A program made the position numbers and the translations under genes. The notes under the pieces were generated by a model that saw only the letters and a list, made by a program, of their open reading frames with translations, was not told where the DNA came from and did no database searches. Positions 22,638 through 34,825 of a stretch of DNA of 64,000 bases are shown here, piece after piece. This stretch comes from Scyliorhinus canicula (Eukaryota), in NCBI RefSeq assembly GCF_902713615.1, contig NC_052171.1, forward strand, positions 23,968,324 through 24,032,323, in the 5' to 3' direction. Numbering within the stretch: the first letter of the stretch is position 1; every line of letters begins with the position of its first letter.

Positions 22638-22982
22638 GAGGCGATTCCAGACCGGCCGGGTTTCTCCAACATGTTCTGTTTTTGTTTCAGATTTTCAGTA
22701 TCTGCCGTGTTTTGCTTTTATTATACCAGCATTGGCTCAATGGGCATATTGGGTTCCTTCGCTGCTGCAACGTCTGTGATTCGGCTTCAAAGAAAAGAAA
22801 GAACTTGCATTTATGTAACTCTTTCCAACCTCACAGACTAAACAATTAAACAGACTGATCGCTCCTTCCCAAACTCCAAGAAATTCCAACTGATGAGAGT
22901 TTTGGGATAGTGTCTTGGGGTCTGGATCATTGAAATTCCCATATTGTTCTTCACACTGGGATTATTATTCCCTGGCCTACAG

Positions 22983-23132
22983 GTTGGTTCTCCAACAGCA
23001 TTTGCAGACCAGGAAGTGGACACCAGGTGTCGAGAGGCTGCAAGGAGATACGGACACACTCTGTACATACCCAGTGGGGCACTCTGGGGGGCAGCAGATA
23101 TCCAGAAAATGGCCAACAGAGGGACGTTGAAG
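22983..23132 (+). CDS. ASPDH: ASPDH coding exon 4
   Basis: ctacag|GTT...AAG|gtgagc, 150 nt. VGSPTAFAD...SGALWGAADIQKM. Confidence 0.95.
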
Positions 23133-23479
23133 GTGAGCAGTCATGGGCTATGCAAACTAGGCCGTGCTACTCAATAGGGTCAAAGAAGAGTTGATTTTCT
23201 TCATTCCTGTCTTACTGGACATGTATGGTTCCTGAGTACTCCAAGCAGCGGTCTCACTGGGGCAGAAGTTACAAAAGAATAACTGAGTGAGTTGAGAAAG
23301 GAGACGATAATTTGAACAGGGAGGGTTGGAGTAACAGAAATGTGAAAAGGTGGAGAGCTGGATGGGAAACTGTGAGGCAGGGTTGGAAGTTGAAGCCTGG
23401 CCTCCAGTCATCTTGGACCCTCTTGCCACTGAACCGAGACCTTGCTGGTGAGCAATGGTCATCCCACGTTAAAAAAAAA

Positions 23480-23830
23480 AAACTCACATACGGGCATCTT
23501 CCACTTCTTCAATGAAGTTCGGAACCTGGAGCATTATGACCCTTGGCTCACTCTAGCCCAGAACCAGTGCGCCACAATCCTGAGTGTGTATGCCCCAATA
23601 CTGGAAACTACAGACCGGTCCAAAGAGGAATTTTACTCCCGCCTCAAACAATCCTTGACAAGAGTGTCAACGAGCGACAAGCTGATCCTCCTTGTCTGCA
23701 CCAGAGTTGGGAAGGAGACAGACCTCTGGGAGGTGTAATCGGCAGAGAGGAGCTAGAGAAATCCAACACTAACGGTAGCCTGCTCCTCCCAAAATGCCTC
23801 GAACAGAGCCTTGTCATAACCAACACCGGA
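23480..23830 (+). mobile_element. RTE-like LINE endonuclease remnant
   Basis: ILSVYAP...KEEFY..L......DKLILL..RVG....GVIG.....NG.LLL..C....LVITNT. Confidence 0.7.
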
Positions 23831-24431
23831 GCTTAGTTAGCAAGGAGGTGAAAGGTTATCTGGGAGTCTCCAGGAATTTGGGGTTGAGTCTACAGTCGGA
23901 TCAGCCTTGATCTTAATGAATAGCAGAACAGGCTCCAGGGGCCGAGTGGCCTCTCCCGCTGCTAATTCGTATGTTCATGGGCGCGATTATCCGACCTCTC
24001 ACTCGAGCGAAGCGAGGCCGGTGAATAGCGGGAAAGGCCGAAAATGAGAACCGCACCAGGCACCATACAGTTTGCGATGCAACTGGCCCGTTCCCCTCGG
24101 CGAAATTGGGATCGCACCGTAGCTTGGCGAGAAACCAATTATCACCACTTAAGCCCCATTTCCATACAATTAACGGGAGAGACCCCATATCCAACGGCCT
24201 CCTTTCATTCAGTGGCCTCCCCATCCAGTGGTCAAGCTGGCGTCGATTCGAACTCCTTTTGAAAAACGTGAACCTGATTAAAAGGGCTTGTGTGGGGAGT
24301 CGAGGAGGGGAGTAGCCATCTCTGCTCAGATGAGGGGTACATTGATAGATGATAGGTGCAAGAGGTCTGATTGGGCAGGACTGAGTGGTCAAGGGGACCT
24401 CCTGGTAGTTGACCTTTGCCCTTTCCCACAG

Positions 24432-24658
24432 GCCCTGAAGGTGACAATGAGCAAACATCCGGACAGCTTCATGCTGCAGGGATACATGCAAGAGCTGAAA
24501 GAAAGGACAAAGGGCCAGCGGACGGTGCTGTACGATGGGCCAGTGAGGAACCTGTGCCCTCTTGCACCGAACAATGTCAACACCATGGCAGCTGCAGCTT
24601 TGGCCGGGCACAACCTGGGCTTTGAGCGGGTGCAGGGCTGCCTGGTAGCTGACCCCAG
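24432..24658 (+). CDS. ASPDH: ASPDH coding exon 5
   Basis: ccacag|GCC...AG|gtaggt, 227 nt. ALKVTMSKHPDSF...TVLYDGPVRNLCPLAPNNVNTMAAAALA...LGF..V.G.LVADP. Confidence 0.95.
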
Positions 24659-25371
24659 GTAGGTACTGCTTCCCGGTTCTTAAAGGCTCAGAGAGACTTG
24701 GGAGCCAAGGTAACCTTTCAATCTGATTGAGATCCATTACCAAAGAAGATAATAGGATTCACGCCATTACAGTCCGGAAGCATTATTAAGAACTGTTATT
24801 AGCAATAATTAAGACATACTTAGTCAGCAAACCTGGCAAGAATACCAGTGAATCCATACATTTGAGATTTTCCGCTGCCTGTTTAGTCCTGAACTGTCTC
24901 TCATGGTCATGACTCATTTTTTAAAAAATCTTTCAATCCCTTATCTTCCTTGTCAATTGCTTCAGTTAAACAGATCCTGACTGAACTGTAAACCAGATCC
25001 TCAGGCTGAAGACAGTTAGAGAAATTCATGAACTATCAAAGATTAATCTGACTTTTCTATTAGCCAGAGTCACAGTCCTTTCAAAACGTGCGAACGCCTG
25101 AGGTATTTTCTGCATACAGATGTGTTTGTCTGATCATTATGAAGGCCTGGCCATCATAAAGTTAACACAAAACAACAACAGTAGGTACATTTGATGCCTT
25201 TAACATAGGAAAGACACGACACGGTGTTAACAGACAACACTGGCATTGAGTTGCATCAGGGGATATTGGAAGAGGTAATCTTGATCGTGGATTGTTAAAG
25301 GAATGTAGAGATGCTGAGAGGTTTAGGGAGGGAATTCCAGATCTTTGAGGCCAGCAGGCAGTAGAAGGAAC

Positions 25372-25520
25372 ATTTGAATGAAATGAAATGAAATGAAAAT
25401 TGCTTATTGTCACGAGTAGGCTTCAATGAAGTTACTGTGAAAAGCCCCTAGTCGCCACATTCCGGCGCCTGTCCGGGGAGGCTGGTACGGGAATCGAACC
25501 GTGCTGCTGGCCTGCTTGAT
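25372..25520 (-). mobile_element. Short tRNA-derived SINE with (CATTT)n tail
   Basis: B-box GGTTCGATTCCC on the minus strand and an (AAATG)n tail. Confidence 0.6.
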
Positions 25521-25732
25521 AATGCTGGACTGCAAGAAATCAGAGATTTGCGCATTTCTAGAGCAGTGGCCAATGACATTCAGTGATTACAAGGACCTGG
25601 GCGTGTAAGAATATGAACGGCAGAGATTTGGATGAACACAAGATTATGGAGGGTGAAAGATGGGATGCTGGTCAGGAATCATCAAGGCAGGTGCTAACAA
25701 TGTGGATGAGCACTCTGACAGCTGGTTAACTG

Positions 25733-26680
25733 AACTGGATCGAGTGCTCAAGGTATAGAGTGACCAGAACTGGATCGAGTGATCAAGGTGCAGTGTGACC
25801 AGAACTGGATCCAGTGTTCAAGGTATAGAATGACCAGAACTGGATCGAGTGATCAAGGTGCAGTGTGACCAGAACTGGATCCAGTGTTCAAGGTATAGAG
25901 TGACCAGAACTGGATCCAGTGTTCAAGGTATAGAGTGACCAGAACTGGATCCAGTGTTCAAGGTATAGAGTGACCAGAACTGGATCCAGTGTTCAAGGTA
26001 TAGAGTGACCAGAACTGGATCCAGTGTTCAAGGTGCAGTGTGACCAGAACTGGATCCAGTGTTCAAGGTGCAGTGTGACCAGAACTGGATCCAGTGTTCA
26101 AGGTATAGAGTGACCAGAACTGGATCCAGTGTTCAAGGTGCAGTGTGACCAGAACTGGATCCAGTGTTCAAGGTGCAGTGTGACCAGAACTGGATCCAGT
26201 GTTCAAGGTGCAGTGTGACCAGAACTGGATCCAGTGTTCAAGGTACAGAGTCACCAGAACTGGATCCAGTGTTCAAGGTGCAGTGTGACCAGAACTGGAT
26301 CCAGTGTTCAAGGTGCAGTGTGACCAGAACTGGATCCAGTGTTCAAGGTGCAGTGTGACCAGAACTGGATCCAGTGTTCAAGGTGCAGTGTGACCAGAAC
26401 TGGATCCAGTGTTCAAGGTACAGAGTCACCAGAACTGGATCCAGTGATCAAGGTGCAGTGTGACCAGAACTGGATCCAGTGTTCAAGGTACAGAGTCACC
26501 AGAACTGGATCCAGTGATCAAGGTGCAGTGTGACCAGAACTGGATCCAGTGATCAAGGTGCAGTGTGACCAGAACTGGATCCAGTGATCAAGGTGCAGTG
26601 TGACCAGAACTGGATCCAGTGTTCAAGGTATAGAGTGACCAGAACTGGATCCAGTGCTCAAGGTGCAGTGTGACCAGAGC
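25733..26680. repeat. 35-bp minisatellite TGACCAGAACTGGATCCAGTGTTCAAGGTGCAGTG, ~27 copies
   Basis: Direct tandem units with two variants (GTATAGAG / GTGCAGTG). Ends about 80 bp before ASPDH exon 6. Confidence 0.95.
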
Positions 26681-26760
26681 TGATGCCTTTACTCAAGGTA
26701 TTTTCAAATCTCCTTTTGAATGAGATCTTTAATAATTTGGAATTTCTCCTGACCCTGCAG

Positions 26761-26918
26761 TCTATTGAACTTTCACGTTGTGGATATCGAAGTTACAGGT
26801 CCAGTGAACAAGTCCGCAGGGCATGAATTCACAGTGAAGACTAGCCGGAGGAATCCAGCTCCCCCAGGGGAAGTGACAGGCATGGCAACATATACTTCAT
26901 TCTGGAGCAGCGTGCTCA
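26761..26918 (+). CDS. ASPDH: ASPDH coding exon 6
   Basis: ctgcag|T...A|gtaagt, 158 nt. FHVVDIEVTGP...RRNPAPPGEVTGMATYTSFWSSVL matches human HVVDVELSGP...RENPAEPGAVTGSAT. Confidence 0.95.
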
Positions 26919-26979
26919 GTAAGTACAAGATTGGTCCTCATTCTCATCGCTTTGACTAATGCGTGGTCAAGTTTCCATA

Positions 26980-27215
26980 CATAGAACATAGAACAGTACA
27001 GCACAGAACAGGCCCTTCGGCCCTCGATGTTGTGCCGAGCCATGATCACCCTACTCAAACCCACGTATCCACCCTATACCCGGAACCCAACAACCCCCTC
27101 CCCCCTTTAACCTTACTTTTTAGGACACTACGGGCAATTTAGCATGGCCAATCCACCTAACCCGCATATCTTTGGACTGTGGGAGGAAACCGGAGCACCC
27201 GGAGGAAACCCACAT
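26980..27215 (-). mobile_element. V-SINE, 5' truncated
   Basis: (ATAGAAC)n tail and partial V-domain. Confidence 0.85.
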
Positions 27216-27844
27216 ACCTTTATCATTAGCCTATGCAAGATCTGAGGTGACAAAGAAAACGGAGCAAGTTGCATTTATATAGCACCCACTCAACCTCAAA
27301 AACATATCAAAGTGTCTAGCAGACAATGAACTTTCTGATGTGCAATGAGTGTTTTATTTAAGCAAATGTGACAGATAACTGGAATTTAGACAGCAGTTTC
27401 CCTGTGTTAGGTTCGGGAACCTGAATCAAATTCATACGGAATTTTCAATTTATTCTTTATTGGAGCAAAACTAATTGACAAGCTGTGGGGAAAGAACTGG
27501 GACTAAATTAAACAGCTCATTCACCCGCCCAACACAGGCATGACTGGACTAATGGCCTATTTCATTGATGCAAGATTTTGTGATTTTACAAGGCAGCTCA
27601 CAGGTGGATCAGCAAGCAAGATTCAACACAAAACTACAAGAAAGATGTTAGAACTGGCGTCCAGAATGTAACACAGTGATAGTTCCAGTCAGGGAGCTTT
27701 CGCTCCGGCTAGCTTGCTTATTAAATCCCTGCTACATTTCTGGGTGTGTTACTAACAAGAAACTGCTGACTTCCTTATTGAAACACATTCAGCTTCCTTA
27801 ACCCACCACCCAACTCCACGTCAGGAATCTGCTCCACCCAATTA

Positions 27845-28187
27845 GAATTAGAGAATGTACAGTGCAGAAGGGGGCCATTCAGCCCATCAAGCCAGCACCG
27901 GCCCTTGGAAAGAGCACCCTACCCAAGCCCACACCTCCACCCTATCCCCGTAACCCAGCAATCCCATCTAACCTTTTTTGGACACTAAGGGCAATCCAGC
28001 ATGACCAATCCACCTAACCTGTACATCTTTGGACTGTGGGAGGAAACCGGAGCACCCGGAGGAAACCCACGCAGACACGGGGAGAACGTGCAGACTCCGC
28101 ACAGACAGTGACCCAAGCCGGGAATCGAATCTGGGACCCTGGAGCTGTGAAGCAACAGTGCTAACCACTGTGCTACTGTGCTGCCCG
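27845..28187 (-). mobile_element. V-SINE (HE1-like)
   Basis: tRNA head, V-domain, tail. Confidence 0.88.
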
Positions 28188-29300
28188 TTCTCAATTCTCA
28201 GCAACAACATTTCCTCTTCTCAAGTTATTGTCTGGAGTAGCAAAGGGGATTCAGCAATAAAGGCAGTCCAGCAGAATGAGGAGCTGGATTTTAACCCGTG
28301 CACAATAATTAAGAGTAAGGGATTTATTTGCCCTGAGATCAATGCTGGCTCCATGGGATAGTTTTAAACAGCCTCTGCTGCCCTCTCCTGGAGCTGTGTT
28401 GAGGCCACTCAACTCAAGGTTTTGCATGCTGGGAAGTTTTTGGCAAGTCTGTGAAAACGGCAGATATTCAATAAAAATTGTGCACGGAATAATTTTTATG
28501 CATTGATGGCGAAAGTAGTAATCTCTGAGTCGAATCAGGGGGGCCAGCTTTTTACCCAGACAGGTTCAGAATCCAAGTTCCACGTACACCTCCGGCTCAG
28601 TGAAGCCGTTAAACAAAGTTGCTGAAAGGCTGGGGTCACCATGGTAACACATTGGGGATGGTTTTCCAGCCGCCTTACGCCCACCGCAAATCCCACTATG
28701 CCGGGAGAATAGCGGGAAAGACCCGAAACGGGATCTGCGCCTGGCACCGAATAGTGCGCGATGCTGCCAGCCGGCTGCAGCTGATCACACCTTCACTGTC
28801 CATGAACCAATCAGCGTATTAAAAGCAGCATGAAGCAGGATTACTGGCCAAGATTCTTTATTCAGAATCCACCCCGCTGGAATCGAGAATGTGGCAGGGG
28901 CTCAGCCAATGGGAACCGTTGCCTTTTGTTGGAAAATTCCACCCAGCATCTCAATAAAAATCTCCTCGTAAAACCTCTCTGAATTAATTCTCCAGCAAAG
29001 CCATCACTGGGTGATTTGACGAACAACAAGGCATCTGTTTGGATCGAAGTGTAATCATTAACTGAGGGTAACTTCGCTTGCTGTAGTCAGCTGACCTCTG
29101 CCATGAGGCACTAACTGGGAGCAGCCATGACACATTCATTTCCCAATAGACTACAAGAAGCACAGTACCCATGGGCTCATTACAGCACGTCTCCAAGTCC
29201 AAGGAGATGGCAGGCTGCAAGTTGCAGTCAAAGGATTACTTGCTTTGATCAATTTGTTGAATAACTAATATTTTCCATCCCCTCGCTGCCCTTTTCCTAG

Positions 29301-29338
29301 ATTGTAAAGGTCACGGAGGAAGACTCTTTCTGTGCTGA
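29301..29338 (+). CDS. ASPDH: ASPDH last coding exon
   Basis: ttcctag|AT TGT AAA GGT CAC GGA GGA AGA CTC TTT CTG TGC TGA (CKGHGGRLFLC*). Total CDS 858 nt = 285 aa, and all phases are consistent. Confidence 0.92.
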
Positions 29339-29417
29339 CGAGTCATCAGTTCATGTGTCCTGAAGGAATTGGGCCGTCGGTCAGACCCTCGGAAGAATGG
29401 TCATTTTGTAACACATG

Positions 29418-29423
29418 AATAAA
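29418..29423 (+). terminator. ASPDH polyadenylation signal AATAAA
   Basis: 80 nt after the stop codon, followed by a GT-rich element (TGTGTGTT). Confidence 0.75.
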
Positions 29424-29779
29424 GTGCAGTTTCAAACCGTTTCCCACTGTGTGTTCGCTGAGATTTGTGACACTGGAGGAGGGTGTGTTTCTCGGCCTGG
29501 GTTAGCAGTACACCCTCAAACAAGGAATTGGTCCTGGAAGCAGCATGGAGATACTGATACAAGTCGCAGCTTCACCGCTTGTTTGGCTGAGTGAGGAGGG
29601 GAATGGGTTCCAGGGATGGGAAGAGAAGCTCTGACTTCTTTGGAGTTGGGGTAGCATTGATGATCCTCCTGGTTCCACAGGAACATTACTATTTACCTGT
29701 CATTGATGGCCACATCTACTTTCTGCCTAACATGTTTCAGGTTTCATCCTTGAACACATGGTACTTTTGGCACTTGTGA

Positions 29780-30590
29780 AATTTTCATTCAGGAACCAGC
29801 GCTCTGTTCAGGAAGAGGAAACGGTGCAAAGTCTTTCAGCTTCAAAAACGCCCCACACAGAATAAATTCCTGACAGGCAGATTTCAGGTTAATGTCTATT
29901 CTGAAGTGGACTTCAGTAATCATTAACACAAGGTCAGTAAGAACCCAGTCAAGCCCATGGAAGCGAGAGTGATATATAGCATTTCCAAAAGTGTGACAGA
30001 AGAATTCACCAGTCTTGAAGTGTCCATAATTGGACTGTGCTGAAACGACACTGGATAAATGGGAGACTTGATTGAGAGCACGAAGGCAATAAGAAGATGG
30101 ATCAGTAGATAGACAACTGATCCACTGAGCAGAATGCAAGGATAAGCTACAAAGCAGCACTCAGCTGCTAAACACACTGGCTCCACATCATTCCCTGCTT
30201 GATGAGAGAGACTTTGAAACACAGCAAAGGACACAACAGTTAGAGGAAGAAGTGAGGAGACATGTTATATCAGTAAATGTGATATACGTCTGACTGAGAT
30301 TGTGCAAGGGAACGTGTCAATGTTCAGGTTATTTGAGCATGTAAGTGGATGGGTCACAGTAATCAGGAAGGAATGGTGGTGAGTGCCTGGAACGTGCTGT
30401 CGGGGGAGGTAGGGGAAGCAGATACCATCGCGGTGTTTAAGAGGCATTTTGACAAATATGTGAATAGGATGGGAATAGAGAGATACGGACCCCAGAAGTG
30501 CAGAAGGTTTTAGGTTAGACAGACATTGTGATTGGTGCAGGCTTGGAGGGCCGAAGGGCCAGTTCCTGTGCTGTACTGTTCTTTGTATAA
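29780..30590. mobile_element. Degenerate LINE fragments (minus-strand RT remnant, then a plus-strand CR1 3' end)
   Basis: CR1 tail GGAGGGCCGAAGGGCC..TCCTGTGCTGTACTG at ~30545-30580. Upstream fragments are RT-like but decayed. Confidence 0.55.
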
Positions 30591-30864
30591 TCTTTGAATG
30601 AGGGGATATTCAAGTACGTAAATCAGGATTGTAGTGTACGGGTATCTGGCATAGGATGGGTTAATGTGAGACTGGGAAACAATACTGTGTGATGTAAAGA
30701 GGCACATAACCTGAGACTAGAGTTAATTGTGAGCTAAACAGAAACTTGTGTAGAAGCAAGCACGGAGTTAGCTATATCTTGTGTATATGTGCATAGTTGT
30801 GTGTTCTCACTTCAGTGTTCAACATAATTAGGAATCTGTGAGGTCTACTGAACATGCAAACAAA

Positions 30865-31500
30865 TGTTATGGACCAGGGTTTAGAGAAGCCCAAAGTGTA
30901 TCATGGAGTTCACCTGAGCCACACTTTTAATAGATTGTGGTGTGGGGAGCACACGGCCCACTCTACCCAGGTGTGGTAGAAGAGAAATGCAGAAGTATTT
31001 TTTAAAAACAAAACAATGTTTATTCTATGGACTCAAGTTAACCTTTTTAAAAACATACAGTGAACATCTTAGTAACCATCAAATCAAATACAACCCCCAA
31101 AGAATACAACACTAAGTAATCCTTAATAACTTCCCAAACAACATCCAGACGACAAAAGAAACACCTTTTAAGAGAAGCACATCAGGTTTACATTCACCAC
31201 TGAGAACATTTATCATTCTTAATTCACCAAATGATCAAGAGATAGTCTTTTCATGGCAGAGAGATCAACAGTACACCTGCTCTGTCTGGCTTCAGCTCCA
31301 ACACTGAAAACAAAACTCAAACACACCCTGCCGCAAACAGCCTAAAACAAAAGTAAAAAGCTGATAGACAGCCCAGCTCCACCCACTCTCTGACATCACT
31401 GCAGTAGTAAACACCCATTTCTTAAAGGTACTCTCACTACAGATATTTATATACACATCCATTTATAAACACCCATTTCTTAAAGGTGTCTCACATGACA
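30865..31500 (-). mobile_element. Solo LTR (Gypsy-like)
   Basis: Termini TGTTATG...CATGACA. 4-bp TSD CAAA. TATAAA and AATAAA on the minus strand. Internal duplication of TAAACACCCATTTCTTAAAGGT. Confidence 0.75.
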
Positions 31501-31897
31501 CAAAAAGAAGAATGAATGTGAAAGACCATCCTGCTCCGGTCCAAAATCTACAGGGAGCAGCTCCACATTCAGAGACTCCACAGTAAAAACAGACAAGAGA
31601 CAGACTGGGGGTAAAATGGAGTTAGAGGCCCTGCCCCAATCGAAGAACCACAATATAGATATGCATTCACCTCACCCACCAAATGCAGATATCACAAGAG
31701 AGACACGGAGACCATACTCCGAGGATAGCGGAATTGTTTGACAATCAGAAAGGGTACATTGGCTTGCGTTCACATGAAGGAGAATTAAAAGATTGCTTTT
31801 AAAGTTGAATTCTGGGTGGAAAGGTACAGGGCGAACAGCAGGTACTTAATGTGGAGGTTTGAAAATCATTCAGCAGTCAGGACGGTGAACCACAATC

Positions 31898-31993
31898 GAA
31901 AGAGAAAATGCTGGAAAATCTCAGCAGGTCTGGCAGCATCTGTAGGGAGAGAAAAGAGCGAACGTTTCAAGTCCGATGACTCTTTGTCAAAGC
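31898..31993 (-). mobile_element. Penelope-like terminal fragment with degenerate hammerhead-type motif
   Basis: Minus strand TTTGACAAAGAGTCATCGGACTTGAAACGTT...CAGATGCTGCCAGACCTGCTGAGATTTTCCAGC. Flanked by a ~14-bp duplication CGGTGAAC(C)ACAATC. Confidence 0.65.
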
Positions 31994-32077
31994 CGGTGAA
32001 CACAATCCCCTATCTCAGTGAGGATGCAGCACAGACTGATCGCTGTACCCATCCCACCTCAATCTGACCCATTCCCT

Positions 32078-32896
32078 TGTAGCCATCCAAGATGGCCGCC
32101 TGCAAAGAACCATGGGAATTATGGCCAACCCGGGACTCAGACAGATACAGAGCCTACGTGCATCTGAAACACAGGCAACCAGACCTGATCGAAACTCCCG
32201 CTCATTTGCATTTCAATGGCCTATTTTCCCAGGACAATAGAACTGCAATCAAGCAGCCGGTACAGCCACAGACTGATCGGCACCATTCCCCTTACTCAGA
32301 AGCCCAACTGCCAAGGTCAATGACCGCTAAGGACCCGCCCAGCCACCAAGGCACCCGCCCCTTTATTGGCCGAAATTGAAGACAGTAATCGGAGCCCTGT
32401 CGAACTATTGGGTCCAAGATCAAGGACCGCCCCAAAGAGCGCGAAATCCCAGAGAGATAAAAGAGGACACAGCCATGTGTTCTGTCTCTTTTGGATCCAG
32501 CCTGTGCCAACCCAATCGTAGCAGGAACAGCCAGCCAAGTTCAAGACCAACGATCGCTACTTGACGGATGAGCCCAGCAGAGACAGAGCTACTTTCTGCG
32601 AACCAGCCAAGTGAAATCCAGATAAAGGCCTTATCCATCTGCACAGTGCCGGTCGCCCTGAAGTTAAGTATAGGTTATTGTAGATGGTAGGTGCAGTTTA
32701 ACTCGTAGTAAATATTGTGTTTGCATGTCGACATAACTCTTGTGTATGTAAATAAACCATTTTTTGAACTAACTGGTTGTGTGGTCATTTGATCGATATA
32801 AGGGAAGGCTTGTGGTTCACTAAGATAAATAGAAATACCCACAGTATTGGCGATGCTGTTGGGTGGGACCGAAAAACACCACCATTATTGGCAACA
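32078..32896 (+). mobile_element. Solo LTR
   Basis: Termini TGTAGCCA...TGGCAACA (7/8 inverted). 4-bp TSD CCCT. Internal ATTGG boxes, GC box, GATAAAA, AATAAA at ~32752. Confidence 0.8.
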
Positions 32897-33067
32897 CCCT
32901 TTCCTATAGACAAGGTACCAGCATCCTAGTGCTGGCACTCACTAGTCAAGTGGCAGGGACACCAGGATTTGAAGATGCTGCAAGCAACCCAGAGATGGAG
33001 AAACTTACATTTCATATTGGTTCATGTTGCTCAATGGAACAGTAGATGGATCAGAGGTATCATTGTT

Positions 33068-33345
33068 TGGGTGGCACAGTGGTTAGCACTGCTGCCTCAC
33101 AGTGCCAGGGACCCGGGTTCAATTCCAACCTCGTGTTAGTGTCTGTGTGGAGTCTGCATGTTCTCCCCGTGTCTGCGCGGGTTTCCTCCGGGTGCTCCAC
33201 TTTCCTCCCACAGTCCAATGATGTGCAGGTTCGTTGGGGTTACGGAGATAGGGTGGGAGAATAGGCTTGGGTAAGGTGCTCTTTCAGAGGGTGGGTGCAG
33301 ACTCGATACGCCGAATGGCCACCTTCTGAACTGTAGATAATGATT
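33068..33345 (+). mobile_element. V-SINE, older copy
   Basis: tRNA head and V-domain. Confidence 0.8.
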
Positions 33346-33349
33346 ATAT

Positions 33350-34480
33350 GATAAATGCCCAAATGAGGATGATCCACAATTTATTAGAAAGGTTTATAAG
33401 CTTATCTTAGATAAAAGTGCAGGATTTATCTTATTGGGTGGGGATTTTAATTGTATTATAATCTCTCAACATCATCAAATTCCTGCTCCAAGTTGAGAAC
33501 ATCTTTGAGAAGTCTATGACAGCTTAGTTAACAGACTGAGTAGATAAGGACTAGGAGCAGGAGTGGGCAATTCAGCCCCTGGAGCTCACTCCGCCAGAGT
33601 GGCTGAACCTGGAGGAACCCACAACATGCCAACTTCCATTAACAGCACTGCCATCTATTAGCATAAGGGACTGCAGAGTGAGTGAATGGACTGTCAATAA
33701 TCTGACTACGATTGGGTCATACCGCCATGCATGTTGAGGGCTTTGAGAAATGGTCTGAATATTGTCTCTCCCTCCTTCACCATCTATTTCAGCAGATCAG
33801 AGAGGAGTTTGGCTGTACAAATACTGATCTTTTAAGATACCTTCAGATATGACATTTTCTTTTGAAACGTGAAGACCTAACCAAAGTAAGAAGTCTATCT
33901 CCAATAGAGTCATTCTCTGTAAATATCGAACAAGGTGTCGCTGGGGAATAGTAATATCCTGTATTAATCAGACGTTGCTGCCTAGAAATTCCTTATGCAT
34001 CAAAAGGAAATGGGAGGTTGAACTGCAACAGGAGATACCGGTGGAATTGAATTTATTCTGGGGCCCGTCTTGGGACCTACTCAAATACCTGGAGGGAATA
34101 TAAATGGAAGCTCACTACTAGGTATTTAAGAACACTACATATTACTGTAGTAGTGGTTGGGGAGGCTGTGAGGAACCAGTTGACCATTACTTACACACAT
34201 TCTGGTCATGCCCAAAGTATTGGGGTAAGATATTCAAAACATTGGCTGAGGTATTCCACATGGACATCCCACAGAGCCCCCCCCCCCCCCCCCCCCAATT
34301 GGGTACAGTTCCAGAAGGGATGGAAGAGACCATTGCTATCTTTTACAAGTTTTGCTTATAGCTACCATGCAGGGTAATCGCCTTCAATTGGCTGAAACCC
34401 ACATGTCCAACCTATGAACCTTGGCGATTCAAAGTCAAAGGGTCATTTGAGTTGAAAAGAATCACGCATGCGTTACACTT
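33350..34480 (+). mobile_element. Highly decayed L1-clade LINE remnant
   Basis: LGGDFNC endonuclease motif at ~33435 and a TYTHTFWSCPK zinc-knuckle remnant at ~34190. Confidence 0.5.
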
Positions 34481-34819
34481 TACTCAGCAAAAAATTCTTT
34501 CAAAGCTGGATCCCAGTAATGGGAATAGTGTTGACATGAACGAAACCACAGAGAGCACTCCCCACCCTCTCCCAACACCACTCATTATATATATTTTATT
34601 TGTCCCCTCCTTGTTTGCTGTGATTTCCCAAGTATTTCCTGCAGTCATTTTCCACAGGAACTCTCTGCAAGGAAGCAACTTTTATACAGACCAATTATCA
34701 TCATCAAATCCTTGTTTATCTTCTCTAAACTAAAAGTGCCTTTGTAATATTGTGCATTTTCTATCTCTGTCAACAGCACTGATGATTAATGTGATACGCA
34801 ATTCTAACTCTTTTACCAT

Positions 34820-34825
34820 TTTAAT
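34820..34825 (-). terminator. Candidate ARID5 polyadenylation signal ATTAAA
   Basis: About 630 nt after the stop in an AT-rich 3' UTR. An alternative AATAAA lies at 34595-34600. Confidence 0.4.
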
